Assembly: GCA_963815195.1 (NCBI GenBank)
Contig: CAWFGE010000023.1
Coordinates: 288,001-352,000, forward strand
Direction: 5' to 3'
Origin: an uncultured Planctomycetaceae bacterium
Lineage (GTDB): Bacteria > Planctomycetota > Planctomycetia > Planctomycetales > Planctomycetaceae
Length of the DNA stretch: 64,000 nt
Positions 36,977-48,527 of this stretch are shown here, in pieces. Each line of letters starts with the position of its first letter. Within the stretch, counting starts at the first letter, position 1. The position numbers were made by a program, and so were the translations under genes. The notes under the pieces were generated by a model, which had not been told where the DNA came from, made no database searches, and worked only from the letters and a program-made list of their open reading frames with translations.

Positions 36977-38049
36977 AGAGTGCCTCCCCAACCGGCGGCG
37001 AACGCGGCGGCGAAGACGGCGTCCCTTGGGGATCCCGAGGACGTTCGCCCGGGAAACCGCCAGGTGCGGGTGGGAATCCCCGTGAGTTCGGTCAGCCGGG
37101 CATTGATGTGCTTGAGGCAAGCCCCGCCCCCCATCAAGACGAGCCGTTCGGGTTCGATGCCGGCGTCGGTCTTTAGAAACCGGAGCGTGCGGGCGATTTC
37201 CTCCGCGAGCGGTCGGACGCTTCCCGCCGCGGCGCTCGACACAACCCGCGCAGCGCGGCTGGCGGGGCGGGCATCGCGAGCCGGCATGCCGACGGCTTCC
37301 AGCAATCGCACGCTGTCCTCGGGCGGCAGTCCGAGTTGTTGTTCGATTTGTTCCACGCTCCGCCAGAAGCCGCATTCGCGGAACCGCCGGGTGAACGCGG
37401 GCCGGCCGTTTTGACAGAGCACAAACACAGCTCCCGAAGCCCCCCAATCCAATGCCGCCACGAGACCGGACCCTGGCTCCGGAAGCGACACCGCGCGGGC
37501 CGTCGCGAACGGCAGGCCGTCGATCGAATCGCAGAGCATCCCCATCGGCAACAAATCCTGCGCGAGCGCGGCCGCGGTGCGATTCGGGACCGACAACACG
37601 TTGACAATCGTCGCCCCGTTCTCCCGGGAAGACAGCACGGTCTCGGGCCACAGGTCGAAGACCTGTTCCTCTTCGAGCCAATCGGGGGACTCCGCGAGGT
37701 CGGCTTCGGCCATTTGTCGTTGTTCCGCCTCGGTTCCCGGCGGAAGCTCCAACGTTTGCAAAGCCGACAGGCCCATCGAAAACACGCACCCCGCGGACAA
37801 TCGTGCGGACCAGACGCCGGGCGGCAGTTCCGCCTTGAACGCCTGCCGCAACAAGCCTTGGGCAATGCCGGGGTTCGTGGCGGGTTTTTCGCCGGGATAG
37901 GAAAGCACCAAGGGATGGCCGATGCTCCCGCCGCGGCCCATTCTCTCGACGGGAACGAGCTTCAACGCGCGCGTGCCAAAATCCACGCCGATTCGCCGAA
38001 CGCGAATCGCGGATTTGTTGAACGGCGTTTGTTTCAGCCAGGAGATCAT
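36973..38049 (-). CDS. PilM-like actin-fold pilus assembly protein
   Basis: IGVDFGTRALK, LDWGASG, EIARTLRF and LMGGGA. Confidence 0.85.
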   Translation of the reverse strand: MISWLKQTPFNKSAIRVRRIGVDFGTRALKLVPVERMGRGGSIGHPLVLSYPGEKPATNPGIAQGLLRQAFKAELPPGVWSARLSAGCVFSMGLSALQTLELPPGTEAEQRQMAEADLAESPDWLEEEQVFDLWPETVLSSRENGATIVNVLSVPNRTAAALAQDLLPMGMLCDSIDGLPFATARAVSLPEPGSGLVAALDWGASGAVFVLCQNGRPAFTRRFRECGFWRSVEQIEQQLGLPPEDSVRLLEAVGMPARDARPASRAARVVSSAAAGSVRPLAEEIARTLRFLKTDAGIEPERLVLMGGGACLKHINARLTELTGIPTRTWRFPGRTSSGSPRDAVFAAAFAAGWGGTL

Positions 38050-38173
38050 ATCGTCAATTCACATTTCCAGAGGTGCTTTTAGGAGCCGCGCACGAAGTAA
38101 GCGGTTTTCAGGGATTCAGACAACGCAAGACCGCTTACTTCGTGCGCGGCTCAGGGCTTTTTGGATCATTTGC

Positions 38174-38216
38174 ATTTGGAATTTGTTTCGGATTTCGGAT
38201 TTCGTGCTTCGAATTT
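38174..38216. repeat. Heptamer (CGGATTT)-based intergenic repeat, family C
   Basis: ATTTGTTTCGGATTTCG(G/A)ATTTCGTGCTTCG(A/G)ATTT is shared with 46626-46663 and partly with 60134-60151. Confidence 0.75.
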
Positions 38217-38249
38217 GCACCAAAAACGCGCGAAACTGCGCATGCTGAT

Positions 38250-39462
38250 TCACGAGGAGGCCGTGGACACGTCGAGCAGCGGCAACATCACCGAGAGCAC
38301 CACGACCGCGACGACGGCGCCCATCATCACGATGATCAGCGGTTCCAATAGTTTGACGGCTTGCCGAAGTTGCCGCTCGCCGTCTTCTTCATAAAACTCG
38401 CCGACCGAAGCCATCACCGCTCCGAGCCGGCCGGTCTTCTCGGCGGTGCGGACCATCTGCGCGGCACTCGGCGGGATGATCGGCGACATCGCCAACCCCG
38501 CCCCGATGCCCTCGCCGTTGATGACGTCCTGCTCCAATTTCAAAAACAGCCGCTGGAACAAAATGTTGTTGACCGATTTGTGGCAGAGGCGGATCCCTTC
38601 CAGCAAAGGCACGCCGGTTTCGAGCATCGTTCCCAACAGCCGAAACACCCGGCCCGTGAAGAGTGCCTGCGTCGCCCGTTTCACCAGCGGGGCGGACGTG
38701 AGAAACTTCGAAAATTGCACGCGGGCCGCCTCGGTTTTGATAAGACGCACGACGGTGACGATCCCCAAAACCCCTGCAACCGCCAGCCAGAGAACATGAC
38801 CGCGAACCCACAGCGAGATTTCCAGGAGGAATTGCGTCATCGGCGGCGGAGCCGAGCCGAGGTCGTGAAACACTTTCGAGAACTGCGGCAGCACAAACAG
38901 AAACAGAGCCGAGACGACGACGCTCGCCACCACGAGCAGCACCATCGGATAGGCCAGGATCGACCAGAGCGCGCTCCGCAGGCGGATTTCGTTTCGCAGC
39001 AATTCCGCGAGCCGGGTGAGGACTTCTGTGAGCGAGCCGGACGCTTCGCCCGCCGCAATGGCCGCGACATAGGCCGGGCCAAACACGCCGGCGTGCCGAC
39101 CGAGCGCCCGCGACACCGATTGCCCGCCGGACACGCTGTTCCACACCTCTTCGAGCATCGCCTTAAACGCGGGATGCCGGCACTGCTCCGCGATGTTCTT
39201 GAGGGCATCGGCGAGGTCGACGCCCGATTGGGTCATAATGGCCAATTGCGAGGTGATCATCATCAATTCCGCCTTGGGGACTTTCGCGGAACCGCCGAGC
39301 TTCGCCGAACGCCCCGCCCGCTTGCCGGGGATGGCTTCTTCGCATTGAAGCGGATACACCCCCTGCGCGCAACAGGCGTTTGGCGTCCGCGGGCGAAGCG
39401 GCGTCAATGACGCCATCGACGCTGGCCCCGGAACTCGACTTGGCGGTGTAAGTGAACTGCAT
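38250..39462 (-). CDS. PilC/GspF platform protein (frameshift near 39366)
   Basis: MQFTYTA start; QLAIMTQSGV, AGEASGSL, LAYP, AEKTGRL and LLEPLII. Confidence 0.92.
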
Positions 39463-39507
39463 GACATCCTCGGTCACCGGACGATCCGGCTGATAATCTC
39501 AGATTCC

Positions 39508-39606
39508 ATTAGCCGCAGGGCGCTCGCCCCGGTTCGGTTCATTCATTCGCCGCAGGGCGCTCGCCCCGGTTCATGGGGCAACCGGGGCGAGCGCCCTGCG
39601 GCTAAT
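39508..39606. repeat. REP-like palindrome cluster, family A (3 copies)
   Basis: Direct copies at 39508-39534 and 39545-39571; inverted copy at 39580-39606. Confidence 0.9.
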
Positions 39607-39639
39607 AGTTTTTTTTCGGACAGTCCCCATCAAAAAACG

Positions 39640-41378
39640 CTAATCAAAAAACACAACCCGCGCGACTTCTTCGAGGCTGGTTTCGCCCGCTTCCGCCAGG
39701 CGGATGCCTTCCTCGAGGAGCGTCGTGCCCCCTTGCCGTTGGTGGCAGATCCGCAACTCGTCCAGCGAGGATTCGCGGTTGATGATTCCCCGGATCTCGG
39801 GCGTCGCCTGGAGCATCTCGTACACTCCGGTCCGGCCTTTGAAACCCGTGTCATAACATTTCGGGCAGCCTTCCCCCTTGAGGAACTGCCGGCGTTTGTC
39901 TCCGGCATAGCGGATTGTCTCCAGGAATTCCGATGTCGGGAAATAGTGCGTGCAGCACGCCGGACACACGTTGCGGACCAACCGCTGGGCCACGACCCCG
40001 ACGAGCGCGGCGGCGATCTTGAACGACGCGACCCCCATGTCAATCAGCCGCGTGACGGCCGAGGCGCTGTCGTTCGTGTGCAGCGTGCTTAGCACGAGGT
40101 GCCCGGTGAGCGCCGCTTGAATCGCCACCTCCGCCGTTTCCCGGTCGCGGATTTCCCCGACCATAATCACGTCCGGATCCTGCCGGAGAATCGACCGCAG
40201 CGCGCCGGCGAAGGTCATCGCCTTGGAGATCCCCGCTTGCACCTGGTTCACCAGGTCCAACTGGTACTCGACGGGATCTTCGACCGTGACGATATTGGAG
40301 TGCACGGACTTGACCAGCTCGATCGCCGAGTACAAGGTCGTCGTCTTGCCGCTGCCCGTGGGACCGGTCACCAAGAGCAGCCCGTGCGGTTTGGCGAGCA
40401 TGTTCTTCATGATCTGAAGCTGAGACGCGGGCATCCCAAGTTCGTTCAGGTTGAACGTGACGTTCCGCCGATCGAGCACGCGCATCACCACCTTCTCGCC
40501 CTGCACGGTGGGGAGCGTGGAGATCCGCAGGTCGATCTCGCGGCCTTCGACCACCACATGAATCCGCCCGTCCTGGGCGCGCGGTGCTCCGCGATGTCCA
40601 GCTTCGCCATCACTTTCACGCGGGAGATCAACGCGGGATGATAGTCCTTGCGCGGCCGGAGCACTTCCCGCAATTGGCCGTCCACGCGAAACCGCACCGT
40701 GGAATGCCGGGTCCCGGGTTCGATGTGAATGTCGCTGGCTCCCTGGCGCACGGCATGGACGATCATGTAATTGACGAGGTTGACGATCGGGCTGCCGTCG
40801 GCCATCGACTCCACCGCGTCGAGCTCCACATGGATCGCGTCGGTGTGAATCTCGACGGATTCGCGGTCCATGTCGGCGGTGACGGCATCGATGGCGAAGT
40901 CGTCGTCATAGGCCCGGCGGAGCAACTCCTGAATGGACGAACGCATCGCCAACACGGGGCGGATGCGGCAACCGGTGATCCGCTCCAGTTCGTCGAGCCG
41001 CCTCAGATCCTGGGGCTCCGTCATCGCCACGGTCAAGGTGCCGCGGACCCGCAGCAAGGCCAAGGCTTCGAGGGTTTCCGCCTTGCGGCGCGGAATCAAG
41101 CGGACCACGGCCGGATCGACCAGCCCGTCCCGCAGGCGGACTTGCTCGATGTCCAACTGCTGGCCGAGGAAAGGCAGCAAATCGTTGGAGTCGATGAAGC
41201 CCATCTCCACCAGGGCTTCGCCTAAGCGGAGGTTCTTTGTGGACTGCTGCCCGAGCGCCGAATGCAGCTCTTCGGGCGTGATCATCCCCGCCGAGATCAA
41301 CCGCTCGCCAAGGGGAACGGTTTGGACGGACGGCCGATCGGCCGGTGCCAAAACATCTGGGGCGAGTGTCGAAGTCAT
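39640..41378 (-). CDS. PilB/GspE extension ATPase with N-terminal MshEN domain (frameshift near 40576)
   Basis: LGERLISAGMIT...RLGEALVEMG; ASDIHIEP; PQDGR at the junction; GPTGSGKTTT, EDPVE, LRQDPDVIMVGEIRD and a tetra-Cys motif. Confidence 0.93.
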
Positions 41379-41710
41379 CGCAAGAAACTCCCCACGGCGG
41401 ACGGCACATCGCGGAAGATTTCAAAGCTCGCATCGACCCCGGTGATCCGCAGCGCATCCCGGCACAGCTCGTTGACATCGGCCAAAAGAAAATTGCCGGC
41501 TTTTTCCGCGCACCGGTCCTGCCAGTCCAACAGCAGCTCGAGCCCGGCGCTGTCGATGAGCGCAATCCCCGCAAAATCCAGGACAATCTTCGGGACGGCT
41601 TCGCTTAGCCTCAGTTCCAAGAACTCTTTCGCGTCTTCGATCACGTCGGCGTTGAGCGGACCTTTGATGCCGATGACATCCACGGTTCCCTGGCGTTTGT
41701 GAGCAAACAT
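41375..41710 (-). CDS. STAS-domain anti-sigma-factor antagonist
   Basis: IVLDFAGIALIDSAGLELL with the phosphorylatable Ser. Confidence 0.9.
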   Translation of the reverse strand: MFAHKRQGTVDVIGIKGPLNADVIEDAKEFLELRLSEAVPKIVLDFAGIALIDSAGLELLLDWQDRCAEKAGNFLLADVNELCRDALRITGVDASFEIFRDVPSAVGSFLR

Positions 41711-41720
41711 GGCGTCCTCC

Positions 41721-43155
41721 CTAAGATTCCGCGATCGGCAGCGTGGCGGTGAACCGCGAGCCTTTGCCGAGTTCGCTCGAGACGGTGATGTTTCCGCCGT
41801 GCATGCGGATCACCTCGCGCGTGAAGGCCAAGCCCAGGCCCGTCCCCGACTCCTTGCGGACGCGGGCGTCGTCGCTGCGAAAGAACTTGTCGAAGACCAA
41901 AGGCAGCTCCTCGGGGGCGATGCCGTAGCCGCTGTCTTCCACATCGAGGATCAGCCGTTGGTCCTCGGCCTTCACGACAAACTCGACGCGGCCTTCTTCG
42001 GGCGTGTATTTCACCGCGTTGCCCAGAAGATTGACGACCGCCGCGATAATCTTGTCTTTATCCACGTGCAGCTTGGGCAGCTTGGCGGGGAACTTTGTGG
42101 TGAAAGTGATCCGCTTGCGGTCGATCTCGGGCTGGATGTGCTCGACGACTTCCCCCAGCAACCGTTCCACGTCGGTTTCGGTCTTCGCAATCGACATCGC
42201 GCCGGATTCGATCTGGCTCAGGTCCAACAGCTCATCGACAAACCGGGCGAGGCGGCCGGCTTCCGAATTGATCATGTTGCAGAACCGCTTTTGATCCTCG
42301 ATGTTGATCTGCTCTTCGAGGGCCAACGTCTCGGCAAGCGCTTTGAGGTTCGTCAGCGGCGTCCGCAGTTCATGGGTCGCGCTGAACACGAATTGGTTGC
42401 GCATCTCGTCCGCGAGCTTCTGCTGCGTGACATCGCGAAGCGTCCATACGAAAGCCCCGTCCGCGCCGTCGCGGGCGATCCGCGTGCTGCACGATCCGCA
42501 CAACGCCGTCGGCGATTTCCTCGCCTTGGCGGACTTCCGCAACCACCGACGGCAGCGGCTTGGAAAACCGCGCGCGGATCGTCTCTCCCTGGCTCGGAAA
42601 CGCCTTCATGAGCCGCTCGCGGACGCTCTGGTCGAGGCACTCCTCGCCGGTCCCGCCCGTCAGCATCGACCGGCCCGATTGATTGCAGAACGAAATGCGG
42701 CCGTCCTCGTCGGCGACGACGATCCCGTCGGAAAGATGGTCGAGAACCTCGCGGCACTCGCTGCCGCCGGCTCCCTGAGAATCGCTCAACCGCTTTTCGA
42801 TCTCGTCCCAACTCCGGGCGGAGCGGAGCGCCTCGCGGAGGCGGTTCCAACCGGCCGCGACGGGGTGCACACCGAGCAGCGGCTTGAGATCGAGCGGCTC
42901 ATCGTCCGAGAGTTGGGCCAGCCGGACCAATTGCTCGTCGATGGCGGCGTTGATCCGCATTTGCAACCGCACATAAAAGCTGCCGCCCAACAGAATCAAA
43001 AGCGGAAGCACCACCGCCAGGCCCGCGGCACTCGTAAACAGCCCGTGCCAGGCCAGCACGAGGCTCGCCACGAGAAATGTAAACAACTCGGCGAGGCCGA
43101 ACAGAAAATAGCTGTTCAGAAACCGGCGGGTGAGGGTTTGGGGGGGCTGGAGCAT
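41721..43155 (-). CDS. Membrane PAS sensor histidine kinase (frameshift near 42491)
   Basis: Two TM helices; PAS DHLSDGIVVAD; HELRTPL, NLLGNAVKYT, DSGYGI and GTGLGL. Confidence 0.9.
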
Positions 43156-43184
43156 CGGACATCATGCCGTTCTGCAAAGGCGTC

Positions 43185-43581
43185 TCAGGCGGAGGCGGGC
43201 TCCTTTTGCAGGATGTCGCGCGCGGCCGCAACGATCGCCTTGGGACTGAAGGGTTTAAAGAACACCTGCTCGACCTGGTATTTCACGCGGAGCATTTCGA
43301 GATCGAGACTCCAATCCCTTGGCGGAGCACAGAACGATGGGCGTTTGACGATTCACGCGGGATTCCCGCACTCTCTGGATCAATTCCAACCCGCTCACCT
43401 GGGGCATTTGATAATCTGTGATAATCAGGTCGGCCCGGTTTTCGCCGAGCCAATCGAGGGCCTCCTGCCCGTCAGAGGCCACCTGCAACTGAAATCCGCC
43501 GCGCTCGAGATTGAATTTGAGCACGCTGGATGTGACGGCGTTGTCTTCCGCGATAAGAATCCAAGGAGACGGCTGTTGCAT
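43185..43581 (-). CDS. Single-domain response regulator (frameshift near 43308)
   Basis: AEDN, ITDYQMP and CSA; the shifted frame gives FFKPFSPKAIV...EPASA followed by a stop. Confidence 0.85.
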
Positions 43582-43656
43582 GATGCGAGATTTCCTTCCC
43601 GGTCGCGTCGGGCGGAGCGAATCAAACCAAATCCGCTGAGGCATCCGCCTCAAGCA

Positions 43657-44088
43657 TCAGAGGGTTTCGAATCCGCTCGTGTTGATGATGAACTCGCCCG
43701 TGGTGTTGTCGTAGGCCCAGTCTTGACCGCCGGAGACCGTCAGCGGAATCCCCGCTGTGTCCACGCGGACGGTCCCGTCCTGGGCGGCACCGGGAAGCTG
43801 GTTCTTAGGGAACGGCCCCCGCAAAAACGATCCGAGGTCGGCCTGAAAATCGGCTTCCGTGCCCCCGTCGCCCGGATAGGCCCCGTTTTGGGCCCGGTAC
43901 AACTCGATCGCATCCCGCACGACCGCCAGCGAGGACGTGGTGCTGTTTTGCCGGGCATCGCCCGCGGTGTTGAACATCTTGGGGGCGGCCGTCGCGGCGA
44001 TAATTCCCAACACCAAAACCACGACCACCAGTTCCACGAGCGTAAACCCGTTGCGATTCTTTCGGTGCAAATTGCGCTTTGTATTCAT
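43657..44088 (-). CDS. Major type IV pilin / GspG-like pseudopilin
   Basis: G/FTLVELVVVVLVLGIIA prepilin site; RDAIELYRAQNGAYP. Confidence 0.92.
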   Translation of the reverse strand: MNTKRNLHRKNRNGFTLVELVVVVLVLGIIAATAAPKMFNTAGDARQNSTTSSLAVVRDAIELYRAQNGAYPGDGGTEADFQADLGSFLRGPFPKNQLPGAAQDGTVRVDTAGIPLTVSGGQDWAYDNTTGEFIINTSGFETL

Positions 44089-44298
44089 GGCTGCTACCTC
44101 AGTTGACCCGATGGGAAAGACATGCTGGCTCCGACACTTCACAAATTATCGCTGTAGTGCAAACTTAGATCACAAATTGAAGCCGGGACATATTTTCTCC
44201 AAAAATATCCCCAGCCAATCCCGATTCGCCGGCCTATTGTTGAGTGAACCGAAACAGACACCGATGCCCTAACCCTCAAAACTCGGCGAACCGATCCC

Positions 44299-45480
44299 AT
44301 GACCCACGAAGCCGGCCTGGTCGAGATGTGCATGGAAGAAATCTCGACGAACTTGGAGGAACTCTCGTTCCTGCGCGAGTTGGCCAGCCACTTGCGGCTG
44401 GAACCCGTTCCGCGCAGGTTTGGAAGCGCTCGCGGCGGCTTTGCTGCCCACGCTCCGGCAATCCGCGGCGGCGGAATGCGTGGCCTTTCTCCAGCCGGCG
44501 GATGAGAACGGCGAACGAAAATGGACCGGCATCGCCGAATCCGCCGAATTGGATGACGCCTTGGATCTCTCGGAAATCATGGAATCGCTATTGTCGGCCG
44601 CTTCGGTGCAGCCGGTCTTCGTGTTCAACCGAAACGATTTGAACCGGCAGTTGGAACGCCGGATCGATCCGCGGATCCGTTCGTGGGTGATGGTGGAAGT
44701 CCGGCATGGAGAGTCGTTTTACGGCTGGCTCGTCGCCGCCAATCGGTGCAACGCCGCGACGACCAATCCGGGCGATGCCACGTTTATCAGCGAGCGGGAG
44801 TTCGGAACCCACGAGGCGACGCTGATGAGTTCCGTTGCCAACCTGTTGGCGACCCACGCCCGGAATCTCCAGCTCATCGATCAAAAAGAGAAGCTCTTTT
44901 TAGGCGTCGTTCGGGGCATGGTCCGGGCTCTTGACGCCCGCGACCCCTACACCTGCGGGCACAGCGAACGCGTGGCCAACACCGCGCCGGAATTGCCCGC
45001 GAGATGAACCTCCCGCCCGCCGACGTGGAAGCCATCCACATTTCCGGACTTTTGCACGACATCGGCAAAATCGGCATCCCCGATCATGTGCTGCTCAAAC
45101 CGGGCCGGCTCTCGCCCGAGGAATTCGAGATTATCAAGCGGCATCCCAGCATCGGCTACAATATCTTGAGCCAAATCAGCGTCTTAAGCTCCGTGCTGCC
45201 GGGGGTGCTGTATCATCACGAGTCTGTGGACGGCCGCGGCTATCCGCACGGGCTCAAAGGCGCGGGCATCCCGTTGATGGCCCGCATCCTGGCCGTCTCC
45301 GATGCCTTCGACGCCATGACCAGCACACGCTCCTATCGCCCCAAAATGCCAATGAAAAAAGCCTGTGGCATTCTGAAAGAGAATGCGGGCATTCAATGGG
45401 ATGCCGAGGTCGTCGAGGCCTTCTTTCGTATGCGGTCCCGCGTGGTCTCCGCGAACGGGCCTTCCGTCGAAACGTTGTGA
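44299..45480 (+). CDS. HD-GYP c-di-GMP phosphodiesterase with GAF-like N-terminus (frameshifts near 44415 and 44990)
   Basis: DARDPYTCGHSERV, LLHDIGKI, HHESVDGRGYP and DAFDAMT across ORFs 44299, 44420 and 45004. Confidence 0.88.
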
Positions 45481-45523
45481 TTTCGCAACAAGGCGGGGAT
45501 CTTTCCCAACGGCCGCGACGCAA

Positions 45524-45617
45524 GTGGCACGGGTGGCACGTCCCTGAGAAACGAAGGGCGTGGTCTTTGTGATCGCCACGCCCTTCCCTGCGCTCAGGGA
45601 CGTGCCATCCGTGCCAC
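45524..45617. repeat. Long REP-like inverted repeat, family D
   Basis: 25-bp arms with 1 mismatch (45524-45548 and 45593-45617) plus inner 11-bp arms (45553-45563 and 45576-45586). Confidence 0.8.
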
Positions 45618-45695
45618 CCAATTCGCTTCGACGTCTCATCACCCCTCGGCATGTTGTTTGCTGACAGTCCTCAAGATTTCCCTTGAGGCACGTCA

Positions 45696-46457
45696 ATGCG
45701 AAGCGCGGCTGTTGCAGTTTTTCTTTTGTTCTGTTTTGCCATTCGGATGGGGCCTGCCCATGCCGTGGAGCCGGGCGAACAAATCTTCGTCGAGCTTGAG
45801 CCAGGCCGGCGAGTCGCGGGCGAGTTTGCCGGGATGGACGCCCGCGGGCGGTTGTGGCTGATTCACCGGGAAGCCGGCATCGAGCTGCGGAGCGGCTACG
45901 GCCTGAACCGCATCACCCGCATCCTCGTTCAAGGAAAACCCATTTCCTTGGCCGCTTTTCGAGATGACAAAACGCCCCCCGCTCCACCTTGGAGAATCCC
46001 GCTTCAAGACCCGCCGCTGTCTTCCGCGCAAAACGGGCCGCCCTTGGGTCCGGTTCTTCCTCCCGTGACGCTGGAAGCGGCCGCGGAACCGGCCAATTGG
46101 GATGACGACGCGGAAATCGACGGCCTGCGTGTGTATCTCACGCCCCGGGACGCCTTCCGCCGACCCGTTCCGGTGAATGGGCAACTCAGCGCGGTGTTGG
46201 TCTCCGGCACCGTTCGGCCGGGGCAACTGTTCGCTTCCGATGATCCTCTGCTCGCGGCGGAACTCCAGCGGTGGGGCCGGCCCATCCGTTCGCAGATGCC
46301 AGGTCCCGCGGGCGTGGTGATCGACCTGCCCTTCGACGGCCGCCGGCGGATGAACCTGCGAAACCTGGGCCTGCCTTTGGTCCTCAAAGTCCGGCTCGGC
46401 ATTCCCGGGCGAAACGTGCTCTCCGCCGTCGCCTTGGTGCCCCTCCCCGGATTCTGA
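45696..46457 (+). CDS. Hypothetical secreted protein
   Basis: Signal peptide ending AHA; Pro-rich linker; beta-rich C-terminal domain. Confidence 0.65.
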   Translation: MRSAAVAVFLLFCFAIRMGPAHAVEPGEQIFVELEPGRRVAGEFAGMDARGRLWLIHREAGIELRSGYGLNRITRILVQGKPISLAAFRDDKTPPAPPWRIPLQDPPLSSAQNGPPLGPVLPPVTLEAAAEPANWDDDAEIDGLRVYLTPRDAFRRPVPVNGQLSAVLVSGTVRPGQLFASDDPLLAAELQRWGRPIRSQMPGPAGVVIDLPFDGRRRMNLRNLGLPLVLKVRLGIPGRNVLSAVALVPLPGF

Positions 46458-46495
46458 CAAACAGCATGCGCAAATTCGCGCGGTCCGATACCGGC

Positions 46496-46663
46496 AAATC
46501 CGAAATCCGAACCTCGGAATCCGAAACAAAACTCAATGACCGAAATTCCAATATCCAAACCCTGTGCATCGGGTGCGTTTCTTGAATGGAGGGGTTTGTT
46601 TGGGGCATTCGGATTTGGGGATTTTGGATTTGTTTCGGATTTCGAATTTCGTGCTTCGGATTT
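46496..46663. repeat. Inverted pair of heptamer-based repeats, family C
   Basis: An AAATCCG-rich arm at 46496-46560 faces a CGGATTT-rich arm at 46609-46663, between convergent genes. Confidence 0.7.
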
Positions 46664-46701
46664 ACACGAGAAGTCGCGCGGAATTGCGCAGACTGATTCC
46701 G

Positions 46702-48002
46702 TCAGGGAGCCGCATCCCATTGCCAGGATCCGGGCACCACGCGCATTTCCGCGGGGGCAAAACCGGGCGGAGGGTTGAGGAGAAACGTGTCGTCGTGGGT
46801 CAGTTGATCGGTGTCGCTTTTCACGGTGATTGTCTGCCCCGCCACGACCGCGCCGGTGATCCTCGCCGGTTGAGAATCGATGACGATATTCCCCGTCGCA
46901 TAGATCAGTCCCTTGAACTCGCTCGGCCATTTATCGAGAGTATCGCTGTCGGTCGCGCCGCCTTGAAAAGGGAAAGGCGTCCCCGGCGGGTTAAAGTTCC
47001 CCCAGTAGGTCTCGTCGAGACCGTCCGATTGGTATTGCATCTTCAGCGATATCGAGCCGGACACCAGCAAAACGGGAAGTTCGGCACCGCTGGCTCCCAG
47101 TTGATGTCATTGTCGCCGATCTCCGAATCCGACCCGCAGTTCAAAAGCACGATCGTGCCGACGATTCGGCAATTCCTGATCTTGAGCGTTTGCCCGGCGC
47201 AATCGATGATATAGACGCCCTCGGGGTTTGTCGCACCGAAGGGATTGCTGTTCGGACTGATGACCGTTTTACTTAGCTCCCGCGCATCGGTGCCGAGCAA
47301 AACCAGCCCCGTCTTCGGCAAGGATTGAATGGAAATCGCCGTTCCGTTGGCGAGGTAATAGTCGAAAACCTGGGCACTCGGCATGCTGCGTTCCGCCACG
47401 CCCGTCGTCACGGTCCCCAGAAAGTTGTCGCCCGTGACGGTGCCGACCGCCTCGACGGCTCCGTGCACTTCCGAACCGCCATTTTCGTCGATATTCCCGT
47501 TCGAGCTGATGATCTGGTCATTGAACAATTTGGCGCTGTTGATAACAAAACTCGTTCCGGCGTGCATTGTGGTGTTGAGGCACGTCAAATCTTTCGGCAT
47601 CAGCCGGACATCGCTCACCTGGACGCTGGACCCCACCCGTCCGATGCCTTTCAAATGCAAGTCCAGGTCCGCATCGCTCAGGTTTCCGTCGCTGTCTTCG
47701 AGCATCCAACTCAGGCTTCCCGATCCGGCGGCACCGAGCGACTGCGGCGCGGTTTCCACGCCGCTCGTGTAATTCGTCCGCCAATTGGGATCGTTGGCAA
47801 GCACCGCGAGCACCAGTTCCACGGCTGAATCGGCATTGGACCGCGCGGCGATCCGGTCCGCGTCGAGCAAGGTCGCGCGGCGTTCGATTCGCACGATATT
47901 CAGCGCCGCCAAACCCAAAAGCGAAACGAGGACCGCCGTGGACATCACCGAGATATACAGTGCGGCCCCCCGGCGAGGGTGGGATGATTTGACGACTTTC
48001 AT
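46702..48002 (-). CDS. PilX/GspK-like minor pilin with beta-solenoid-like C-terminus (frameshift near 47074)
   Basis: RRG/AALYISV atypical prepilin site; ARSNADSAVE; FKGLIYATGNI...ITGAVVAG. Confidence 0.75.
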
Positions 48003-48516
48003 GGTTCGCCGCCCGTGTCTTGATTGCTCTTGAGGGCCGTCAGTTGCGCGAGCACCTGCCCGTTCCGTTTAGCGGTGACCGTGATGCGTTTGAGGCCCTC
48101 GTCGCTGCCGGCGGTCGCCGAGGGGTTGTTTGGATCGACCCATTCCACGGTCACGGTCCGCTGCCAGCCGGCCGAATTGGAGAGCGCAATTCCGCCGCGG
48201 TCCACGGGGGGGCTTGCATCCAGTGGTGATAGTCGTCCACATCGTCCCAACGCGCCCGGGTGCCGTCGAATTCGCCGGTCTCGCGTCCGAACGTGGGGGT
48301 ATCAACGGGTTCGATGTAGTCATTCGCCAGGATCTCCGCCATCAACTGGACGGCCAATTCGCGCGCGCGGGCGGCGTCTCCGGTGCTCACCCGGCCCCGG
48401 ATCGCCGCACCAACGGCGTTCATCGCCGCGACCAGCATCATCCCCACCAGCAGCGTGCAGATCACGACTTCAATTTGGCTGAGGCCGGCCCGCGGCCGTC
48501 GACTTTTCCGCTGCAT
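47999..48516 (-). CDS. PilV/MshD-like minor pilin (frameshift near 48225)
   Basis: RAG/LSQIEVV; DDVDDY; WQRTVTVEWV...LKRITVT. Confidence 0.78.
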
Positions 48517-48527
48517 GATCGGTCCCG

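Noticed and set aside
39508..39606. Two direct 27-bp repeats as a mini-CRISPR
   Set aside because: The spacer is only 10 bp, the third copy is inverted and the unit is dispersed elsewhere, which fits a REP.
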